Shown piece after piece: positions 53,371-64,000 of a stretch of 64,000 bases of DNA (position 1 is the stretch's first letter; each line of letters starts with the position of its first letter). The translations under genes were made by a program, and so were the position numbers. The notes beneath the pieces were generated by a model. The model did not search any database. It saw only the letters and a program-made list of their open reading frames with translations, and was not told the origin of the DNA. This DNA comes from the human T2T-CHM13v2.0 reference genome, Homo sapiens. The stretch lies in assembly GCF_009914755.1 (NCBI RefSeq), contig NC_060930.1; one strand, written 5' to 3'.

Positions 53371-56321
53371 TCTTTAAAGCAAATAATTGTTCAATATTCT
53401 GAGAATTGTTGAGCAACTTAAGAACTGCCTTTAAGACTTCCATTTTATTAAGAATTTGTAGAACTGGATAGTTCTGTAGCAAGTGATACTTGTATCTATT
53501 ATAGCTTGTAATAAAAAGCATTAATACAGCAATACATTATATGTTTGCTCTAGTTTTAAGGATAGAAATTACATCAAAGCACATAAATCTACAAAAAGTT
53601 CTGAGATTGATCGATTGATTTCTACAGCTTTTTCTTAAGTCCAGATAGTTCTGCCTGGATGCTTAACAAGCAGTTCAGACTTAACATGGACAAAACTGAA
53701 TCTTAGTTTTTCTTCCAGATTTATTCTTGCTCCTATTAGTGAGTAGCATCTTCATTCTTGCCTTGCATAGGGGCCAAAAAATCATGTCTTGACCTGCAGC
53801 TAGAATGTTGGTGAAAAGTCACAGCCTACTGTTGTAAATGTCCTGTTTCCTTAAGTCCTTTGTTGCCCATATGTTTACTATATGTCTTTAACCAAAAATA
53901 TTTACTGTACTTTTAGGTAATGTTAATGTAATTAAAAAAATCAGTGGCAACTTATGGCAAATACATGTGTTTTTTGGTAGTTGACTTTAAAATGTGAACT
54001 CTTTGATAGTTCAAATGAGAGCACTGTTGAAGCATCTTAGTAGGACAGATTTTAATTCATGCTGGCATTAATTTGATTAAATAAAATTGATGATTAAAAG
54101 TTGATTAAAATAAACTGAGGGGGAAATAAATCAGGCACAAATAGCAGAACAGGAAAATCAAGCTTTACATTTGGTGCTCTGTGCTTTGTCCAGAGGATCT
54201 TGTGACCATTCATTCAAAACATTTTACTAAAGAAAACAAAATTTAACTAAGACATGCAAGATGAAAATCTCTCCCTCTTCCTAGTTGTATAACTGTTGGT
54301 GGTTCTTTAATTGCAACAAAGTGCATTTTTATTTAAAGATTGTGGCTGCTTCAAAATAATACTATTTGGGGCTTCCTGTGTGTATTGAGACCTCTTGGAA
54401 CTAACATTGCCTATGGGTTTTTATTCCCTTTCCCTTTTCCTAGGATGTGTAATGAAACATGAAGACGTCAAATATAAAGGATGGCAATTGCTCAGACTTG
54501 TCCTTTGCTTGTCTAGTTATCCATCAAACACTATCAGTGTGATTGTGCCAGAAAGTATGAAATAATGTTATTGGAAAGCAGTCAGTCAACTGTATGTCAA
54601 GGTCACTTAAAAGTCTCAGCCAGCTGTTCTGATATCAAAGAGCATTTTACAAATATGATATATTAAAATGATTACTCTTAGGAAGTGTATCCCCAAACAT
54701 GCTTACTTTACCCTGACTCTTGATTTTATGCCTTGGTACTTTGAGTAGAATAGGGCAGGTACAGATAATAGTATGTCACAGTGGTCTAGAATCTACACCT
54801 TTCCTGCTTGCAGTATGGTATTAGCTAGGGTCCATTCCATCACGAAAGTGGCAGCTCATCATTTTGGGCAGTCAGAAAAATAGGCAGTTGTTATAATAGC
54901 TACATTGTTTTTTAAAAAACTTATGCAAGCAGGTAAGGGTTTTTTCACTTTTAGACCAGCATCTTTTCTTTACCGTAGAATCTAATTATTGTCTCTAATC
55001 TAAAAGGAGATAGAAAAATGTAGTAACCTAAAGGAAACAAAGAATAAGAAAAATATCTACTTTTTGTAAGAATGGGATTTTGCATATAATTTGATTTACT
55101 AGGTGACCTAAGTTAACAGGGAACTGATTTATATTTTTACTGGTATTAATACATTAAATTCAGGGGTTTCTGTGTTGTTAAAGGAATTCTGTGTCATTTG
55201 AAACTTCTATGAATTTAGAAATGAGAAGACATCAGTGATCTAGGTGGCTACTTGTGATGATTCCTAATTTTGTAAGGAAAATAAAAAGGAGATGGAAAAA
55301 GGATTTGGAACAACCCTGATGTGTTTGTTACAACATTTCAAAATATGTCTATTTCATTTTCCTTCCAACATCCTCAATAATGAGTTTTGTCTCTAAATTT
55401 GTGATGAATTAAACATTTGTGAAATGCATCCTATGTAATGTTGGATCAGAGGCTGAGGTGAAATTTCCAATTGACATAAATGTGCTTATCACAGTGAAGA
55501 CATTATACTTTTCTATTTTCATTTCATAATCAATGGTTTCTATTGATTTTTGTCTGTTAGCAACGGAAATTATTTACTTCTTCTGTTTTGTTTTAAATAT
55601 AATTAGGAAAGTTTTATAATTAATCACAAGGCTCTAGTTTTAATAGGCAAAACATGTTTATGTGTAACTGAAGTTAGTCACATAGTTTAAGAAGTTCCTT
55701 TTAGAAGGGCTTAAAAATAAAAATCCTTTAGTAGAGCAACAAAATTGTGTAACAGTCTCATTTATTTTTAAAGAAAAACTGTAGTATTAGTTTATGAATA
55801 AAGAAAATAGCTTAAATTTAAACTAAACCGAATGAGTCCAAAAATAGTGCAGTATCTGATTATTTCAGTTAGATAAATAAACTGTGAGTGAGATGTAGAG
55901 GCACACTGGGCTGTTCTATATTTTAAAACATTTTCAACATCTACAAAGGCAAGATGTCTATCGAGGAAGACATCATTGTGCTCTAAGAGAGCAGAGAAAA
56001 TTAAGTCACAGAGCCAAGGAAAAGTAGCTGAAGTACTAAGCAAATGAATACTTTCTGCAGCATCTGTTAACATAAACATTAGAGGTATGTTGTTAGCCAT
56101 CTGAGGCTACCGTCTTTGAATTATACATTTGGATCAGTGGTTTGAGGTTCAGCTGTTGGGGAAATGGAAATCTCTATGTATTCTTGTTGATTACTTGCTC
56201 TTCAGTTCTTCAAGTGCATTTCCAAGGACTATGTTTTGTTACACAACAGATTATTATCACTGAGGCATTAGTAATAATATCTTGTCCACCTCCTACACTC
56301 CACTCCCCATTGCCTTGTTGT

Positions 56322-56628
56322 TTCATTTTGTTTTTGTTTTTGAGACAGGATCTTGCTTTGTCACCTAGGTTGGAGTGTAGTGGTACAGTCATAGCTAACT
56401 GCAGCCTTGATCTCCTGAGCTTAAGCAATCCTTCTACCTCAGCCTCTCGAGTAGCTGGGATTACAGGCACGTGCCACCACACTTGGCTGATTTTTTTATT
56501 TTTATTTTTAGTGGAGATGAAGTCTTGCTATATTCCCAGGCTGGTCTCAAACTCCTGAGCTGAAGCAGTCCTCTTGCCTGGGCCTCCCTAAGTGCTGGGA
56601 TTACAGACTTGAGCCACTGCGCCCAGCC
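56322..56628 (-). mobile_element. AluJ
   Basis: J-type catagctaactgcagccttga. Confidence 0.92.
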
Positions 56629-57534
56629 CACTCTGAATTGTTTTATAGCCATTCCCAAATGTTAATGAAAGTCCAAATTGGGGGAAAAAGAGTTCCTGCA
56701 GAAAATGATAGTGTATATTTACATATACATGTCTTTTCTGTGTCTCTTCACTTTGGTAATTAATATAATTGTGGATCTTTGACACTGATTTTAGATTACT
56801 TAATAAAGAATGTATTTAAGTGTAGTGCAGAATAGATTATCTTTAATGTTTGCAAAAAGTGGTACACTGTTTAGTAATATTTAGGTAAAATGGTAAGATT
56901 GCCAGTGTAATGGGCAGGTTATATGTCTGGAAATAGGCTCAGCAGGAAGTTAAAGGAATCATGGCCTATACTGCTGACAGAAGATAAACAACATGCACTA
57001 TGAAACCCACTAATTCAGTCTGGGCCCTCTTTTAAACATTTACTAGAAGCCTGTAGATACGGTCGGTAACTCCAGTGTACATAGTAGAATTTATGTGCAT
57101 ATTCAGGAATTTCTATGAGAAACTTCCACATAATAAGATTTTGCGGAAGATTCATGCTTACAATAAACAGTAAAGGAACAGTTTTGGTTCTGGAAAACCT
57201 AGATAAGCATTTATTTCCTTACATTAAATAAGAAATTGACAAATGTATGTTTAGGTAAATATGGTATAGATGTTTAGGAGACAAAAATGATGAATGAAAA
57301 TACAATCATAATAAGGAATTTTAGAACTTCAGTTATTGCCTCACAAATTTATTAAGTGAATGAAAAATCTAGGAATTTAAATGGTTTTTAGAGTCTTTGC
57401 ATAAAACAATTTTTGGCTAAAAAAATGTCATCTCTGTCTCTCTGAACGGTGGTAGTCACATGAAATGACACAGTGAAAAGATCCAGAATTGTCTCAGCCA
57501 ACTCCCAGCCTCAATTGTACCACCAAAGACTTAC

Positions 57535-57544
57535 CTCACGTGGG
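57535..57544 (-). other. Candidate 10-nt antisense microexon
   Basis: Minus strand: tttttactccttacag|CCCACGTGAG|gtaagt. Confidence 0.35.
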
Positions 57545-59710
57545 CTGTAAGGAGTAAAAATGTAGTAATATGTTTTCTAAAGTAATAAAATGGCCAAATG
57601 TATGGGGCTAACTATACTAAGGAATAGATAAAACCATAGGATAACAATGGCACTGTGTTACTCAGTGGTAAAATAATTAAACATATTTATAGTAAAAGCA
57701 AGAACATGTTCTAGAGTCAAATGTAAATTTTGTATACACTTTTAAGATAACTATATGACATTAAAGGAAGTTGATGGTTAGGGCATAAAGGTCACCTGTT
57801 GTTCACCCTCCTTGAATGTTCCAGGTACCTTTGGCTGAACAGTTTGAGAGGCCTTGAGGAGCCTCAGAGATAATATCCAAGGGAGAAAAGTCAGTGATCC
57901 ATGTACATTTATCACTGCATATCTCTTAATACCTTTTTTCCCCTTGCTCAAGCGATTGTTTTACATTTCTAAGTGATGTAGAGCATCAGTAAGGTGCTTA
58001 GGTTAGCCTTTGAATAACAAGCTTCTTTTCACACCATAGGTTTCATGATCAAAAATTAGCACTGGGATGTCTGCTTGCACTATTCCCAGGTTTGCTTCCT
58101 CGGTTCTTCATATCATCCAGACCCCTGAACTGGAAATATCTTGTTAACTCTGCACTGTTTAATATTCTTTGGAAATTAAACTACTTGGGCATGTTTAGAG
58201 CTCAAATGGAATCTATGCGTTTTGCTTGACAAGGTCGTTGGTTGCTTTTTAGAGCTTACATATTGAAAATCATGTTTGCAGCCAGCTGATAGAGAAATTT
58301 CCGTGTATCAAAGCATTGTTGTGATGAAACCACCTCTGTTGTGAAGATCACCTGAAATAATGTGTGTGAGAGCCCTGTGGAAACCAAAAAGTGCTGTGGG
58401 CATTTGAACACTAGACTGTTATGATTAGTGATGAACAGCATCTCAGCCTGCCAAGGGAGAACATGAAACTGGAGAACAAATTTGGTTCCAGGAGCAAGGG
58501 GAAATGTAATGTGGAATCTCACAGTTTGGGGTTTGTAATTGGGATCCGTTGCTATTATAAGAAAATGTAGTTCAAAAGACACAGGATTTTCTGTTAAAAT
58601 CAATGAAGTTAAAAGAGCAGCTGCTTGTAAAAGTTAATTTTATTTGACTTGGTCCCAGTAATAAAAGTGATAGTTCTGTTGAACAACCTGTTCTCTCTAA
58701 AGCTATATCTTTTTGTTGCTGTGAGGTCTGTTTAAATAAATTGTTGCCTTTTGATTATTTAAAAAAATTTTCCTGATCTATAAATTGTTTATCTCTTAGA
58801 ATACATACATAAGCATAACCTATGCATCTTTAATTTACTAGAAAAGTGTTGGCATTCTAGATTTTGAGTTGGCACTCTTGGGAGTTATAAAATGCAGTAG
58901 GAGCCATCTCAAATCTTGTATGAAATGAGGAGAATGCAAAGACATTTTGAAAAATATTCCTTATTTATTTTCCATTAAAATAAACTTAAATTTGGTTCTT
59001 TGTCATTTTACATAATAAATAATATTTATCTCTTTGTCATTTGTAAATAATAAATGCCACTGCCCTAATACCACTGTAAGAGAGTACTATTCTGGTTCTT
59101 TCAATAGGCAATATTAAATGAAAACAAGGGACCTAAATTGTACTGATTACCTGTCTGGGATTTCTTGACAATTCCTCTTGAATTGTCATTCCTCTTGAGT
59201 TTTTGTAAGGAAGCTGAAGTGAGTGGTAGAGGGTAAAAACACCAGAGAACAAAATTGAGCAATATTTTCCAAGTGAGCATTGTTTTCCTGTCATTTTTAT
59301 GTGTTTTGATTTCACCAGTGTTGGGTGAACAGTTCAGAGAAGGGGTTTATTATTTTAAAATGAAGCCACCCTCTTGTTCTTAATTTTCAACAGATTGGGC
59401 CACCTTTGCTTTTAAAATGTCTGTTGACTCTTTAAGAACCATTTACCATATTTGCTTACGTATTTACCTCCTTGTGTATTCTTGTTCCCTCCCTTCGTGC
59501 TCATCATTTGAAAAAGAAAATCATGAAAAATATGTTCTTCCTACAGGCCCTTTTCAATCCTTTCAAACAATTCTACTTCAAAATAGCAATTGGCTAACAG
59601 CAGAATATCCTTTAGGGGGTTTTAAGAGCAACAGTCAGCTTCATAGCTGGAGGCAGAGGAACATTTTTTCACAAAGTGAAATTCATTTATTCTAGATGTA
59701 CAACAAGATT

Positions 59711-60364
59711 TATAGGAGCTACTGGTTACGCTTTCTAACTAATCTATAATTGCTTAAAATCAATGTTACACAACTTCAAGTCTATCGGCAAAATTTCTTG
59801 TTCCAGCTAAGAATGGCACATGCCTGACAGATATTTCTAATCTCCCATTCCTTATCCAGAGCAGACATTTCAATCTGTACTGTTTCCTTGATGTGGCTTG
59901 TAACTGATGGCATTTAGGACATACTTCTTGAGGGAACAACAGAAACAAGGAGGTCATTTTCACCTTCTCCTGGCTCCTTCTCTTCTGAAGCAGGCCATAA
60001 ACCCTAGTCAACCTCCTCCTGAGGTGGTTATAAAACCTTCATTAGAGATATGCCCTTCCCAAACCTGTCTTATCTCTGAAGACACAGGGACAAAGAGAAT
60101 ATTCTGAACAAACAGGACTTGCTAAGTTCCCCCCAGTTAATTACCATTAGACTATACCCTTTGGTCCTTCAGTCATACTTCTGCACAACTGTCCATAAAA
60201 AACACATGTTTCCCTGTTTCTTTGGGTCTTCATTTATGAAGGCTCCCACATCACATAAAACTTTAATTTGTATGCTTTACTCTTGTTAATCTGTCTTTTG
60301 TTATAGGACTCTCAGTCATGAACCTAGTGATGGGAAAGAAAGATAATACTTTTTCTTCTCTACA
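59711..60364 (+). mobile_element. ERV1 solo LTR (MER31/MER34/MER67 group)
   Basis: 3' end ttgttaatctgtcttttgttatagg...ttctctaca; possible TSD gatt/gaat; 5' end uncertain. Confidence 0.6.
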
Positions 60365-61003
60365 GAATGAACCCTCAACATACTGCTCTAATGAGCTACT
60401 AGTTAATGACAGTTGGACATCCCTGTTTTATGCATATAATATGGGAAGGTTTAGCCAGTTCATGGCTTTATCTGCTACTTATTTGCTGATAACACTTAAA
60501 TCTAAATGTAAATCTCTCCTGATCTCTACATCCATATATATTTAGTTACCTCTTAGTTAGTTGAAAGCACCTCAAATTCAGCATGCCTAAAATGAAACTT
60601 ACAATTTTCCTTCATTTCCCACCTTCCTCTTCTGTAGCCACTGTCTTGCAGCTGATAGAACTATCTACCTACCTGCACGTCCTCTCCATCTTCCCCTTCT
60701 CTGACAGTCAGTTCTGTGGAGCATACCTTTACATATTTCTTATGTACATGTCTTCCTTTCTGTCGCTATTGCCTCTGCCATAATTTGGCTCTTCATCTTG
60801 GATCCCTAGATCACTGCATGTGCCACCCTTTTGACCTCTTTGCCTCTACTTTAGTTTGCTCTCCTCCAAGCCGTTCCTCACCCTGCTAGAAAATAAGTCA
60901 GTTTTCACTCTCTGCCTCTCTTGAACTATTGCAAACACAAATGTATGCAAAATAGTAGAACATTCGTGTATTTACCTCTAGGAATTAACCAGTGTCGACA
61001 TAT

Positions 61004-61527
61004 TGTCAACCTAAAATAATCAAAAGGGTCAGAGTCTAGTTGAAAGAAGGTTTACTCAAGCAAAAAGTTTGGACTAGCCACAGGGGAAACACAGACTCCA
61101 AAGAATGGAAGGCAGTGTTCCAAAGTGTAAAAGCATAGGATTGCTTATATAGACAAAACGTAGGGAAGTTTAACCCAATTTTAACATCTTTCTATGTTAG
61201 GCTTAATGCATACTTACAATGATTTGATTAGTTAAGGCGCTCTTTTTCTTTCTGGAAAGATATTTAACGTTCCACATTGAAGATGTAACTGTCATGGAGT
61301 CTTGGGTGCCATCTGGTCTGAGTTAGGTAAGGACAATAAAGAAGGCCAGTTAATCTGTAACAAAGGTCAGTGATTGGAAGCAGGGAGGTTTGGTCTCTCC
61401 TAGTTATTTACAGAACCAATACAATGAAAAGAGAGATAAGCTAAAATCTAAGAAACAGAATTGCAAACATGTTAAGTGATTCAGTCTCCAGAGCTTTACT
61501 TCTTCCTCGGCATAAATTTAGAGGGTT
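61004..61527 (-). mobile_element. ERV1 LTR, MER65-like
   Basis: tgtcaacctaaaataatcaaaagggtcaga...acacagactccaaagaatgg. Confidence 0.7.
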
Positions 61528-61876
61528 GTATTTGCTTCAGAACTTTCTTGCATTGAATCCAAGGAAAGGATGAGAATATCTTTGATAAAACCAAAGCTTT
61601 CACTCTCCCTAGTCTCCTTTCCTCTTGCTTTTCCTACGTGCAACCAAAATTGCTTCCTACCCCACTTGTTAAAAAGTGTTATTGAATAGAGAATGTAATT
61701 CTAACAATTACCTTTTCCATCCTGATCAAGTTTATTTTTAGCTATATTAAACAGATCTAATTTAAGAGGGAAGTCTAAAAAGAAAAAATATTTTCTGTTT
61801 GCTTTACTCTTGAAAAGATATGACAAGCATGCTTTATATCCAGATTTTTCTATATTTGAGTAGATTTACCTTATAA

Positions 61877-62205
<329 letters not shown>

Positions 62206-62725
62206 TGGATTTCAGTGTTTTTAAAACTTTATGTCCTTTTTAGGAGGGGTGTTTTGAGACAGATATTTTGGACTCTCTTTCAAAATAACTAACCTACCAG
62301 GAACTACAAGTTATTTATTTAGCAATAATATCTTGAAAGGTGTTTAAACACACACTTTTATTTTAGCATTGTGATTTAAATAACAAAGGCTATTTCTTTA
62401 CATTGGTCTGAGTCTTATTTGAATAGAGTCATATTTACACTGTCTGTTCCTTAGTTACTTTATATAAATTTTTGAAGCAGTCTCAGTCTTGGCTGGTTAG
62501 GCTTTTTTGTTCTTTTAAATGGCTGTTCACTGTAAACGACTTTGAACTTTGTGTGTTTGAAATTTTTAATAATGTTGGGAAAATATATATTCAGCCAATA
62601 TGTCTGCTTTATTTCTAACAATCAATTGGTGACCCAACCCCTTCCACCAAAAACCAGAGAGACATAGATTAGAAGGAAGGAACTATGTCATGGTCACTCT
62701 TTTGGTAGTGACTGTTATAGCATAT

Positions 62726-63405
62726 TTTAAGAAATAAAAGTAAAATTTTAAGCCCCCCAGCCAAGGGAACCCTGGAGAAACCTTGGAAGTTGAGTTCCCA
62801 GCCATGATGGAATGGGAGGTTGGACATGCCTCATTATGCCCCATCCCTTGCTAACTGCCATTAGGCTAAACAGAAATGAGCCCTCAGGAAAGACTCATTC
62901 CATCCCTGATATCAACCAACCACCTGATGCTCACCCTTCCCTTTGCAGTTTCCACCCAACAGTTTACCAACATTCCCTCCTGACAAGAGACTACTAACTA
63001 CAGAGTGGTTCAGGCCAGTCTATGGAGGATGCGCAGTGAGGGTTTTCATATTCTCTGCTTCACTATCCGATGCCGGAAAGCTCCACCTTTGGATCATGCT
63101 AATGCCGCCATTTTTTTACACGTGACTCATGAAGGGACGTGAACCTTAATTGCATGTGTGCATGCTTCTCCTCTCATAAATATTCATGACTCCTCCTATA
63201 GCTTATTAAATATGTGTATTTGGCTACCCTGTTCAGCATAAATTCCTGTTTCCTTTGCTCCTCCCTCAAAGTGTCTGTTTCTGGCTTCTGGGCAGAGGCT
63301 ACACTTCCTAGTCTATCAGAATGGCCATCCGGCAGGCTGCAACCCTTTATGAGAAATAAAGCTTCTCTTTCCAGATTTATGAACCTCATCATTTTTCAGC
63401 TGACA
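62726..63405 (+). mobile_element. ERV1 solo LTR, MER50-like
   Basis: aaattttaagcccccc near the 5' end; gaaataaagct...atgaacctc...tgaca 3' end with AATAAA; 5' boundary approximate. Confidence 0.7.
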
Positions 63406-63699
63406 ATCCATAATTTGAGTTTTGGACTGCTAGTTTTGGGTTACTTGTTTCTTTTGAACCAGGAGGTCACAGTTTCAACTACATTGCAGGGTAGTGCACT
63501 TGCCCTCATTTTAACAGAAGGACTTGGATATTCCATTTAGCTGGAAATGAAAAGAGAAACGCGTATGACTCCTCTACCTGATAGGACATGTTTACTAATG
63601 AAAACAGTTAGAAATACAAGATCAAAAGGATCGGTGTCTAGGGCAGACTTTTCTAAACTTATGCCTCTGTTGGAAATATTTCAGAGGGGTAAACCTTAC

Positions 63700-63940
63700 A
63701 TTCACTCTACAAAACTTAGTGAGTATATACTGCATGCCATACCATGGGCTGTTCTAAGCAGTCGGGGGAAAGTGATGACAAGATAGAAGAGGTTCCTGCC
63801 CTGACAGAGCTTATATTCTTGTGATGAGAGAAAGACACAGTAAGAAAATTAATCAGACAATTTCAGATAGTGATAAATGTTGTGAGGTACCTGAGTAATA
63901 GCTAGAATACCCTGCTGCTTTACGAAGGGTTAGGGAATAC
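63700..63940 (-). mobile_element. L2 fragment
   Basis: cctgccctgacagagcttatattct...tttcagatagtgataaatg. Confidence 0.6.
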
Positions 63941-64000
63941 CTACTGCTTTACCAAACCTTTGTTGGGAAAGTATAGATTTAGTCAATATTTCTGCTTTAT

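Noticed and set aside
58997-59056. Imperfect ~33-bp tandem repeat (also a 16-bp one near 45950)
   Set aside because: Common slippage duplications with no sign of function.
62822-62841. Second p53 site GGACATGCCT-CATTATGCCC
   Set aside because: Second half-site lacks the RRRC core.

Overview
Primate (human-like, catarrhine/hominoid) genomic DNA, AT-rich and roughly half interspersed repeat. It has no recognisable cellular protein-coding exon, RNA gene or CpG-island promoter. The T-rich + strand, antisense L1s and + strand splice signals suggest a large intron of a gene transcribed on the + strand; I could not identify that gene. Main contents: a near full-length, inactivated L1PA4-like element (12466-18632, minus; 15-bp TSD, intact endonuclease ORF, RT motif FADD>FADN); a 5'-truncated L1PA7-like element with a nested, internally deleted AluSp; about 22 Alu/FLAM/FRAM copies; older L1M, L2 and MIR fragments; several ERV1/ERVL solo LTRs; and DNA transposon fossils (MER5, MER33, MER85). 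The long ORFs in the track are L1 ORF1/ORF2 pieces; the short ones are mostly Alu-, L1- or chance-derived. The most notable signals are: (1) a perfect 20/20 p53 response element in a MER61-type solo LTR; (2) a piggyBac MER85 whose 5' end, carrying the CSB-PGBD3 binding palindrome, is tandemly duplicated, with only the extra copy keeping the intact palindrome; (3) candidate microexons and cryptic exons in unique sequence on both strands (11.6 kb +, 54.4-54.9 kb +, 57.5-58.6 kb -); (4) several signs of post-insertion rearrangement of Alus. Nothing here establishes a new biological system. Repeat family names were assigned from memory of consensus sequences and need RepeatMasker/Dfam confirmation.
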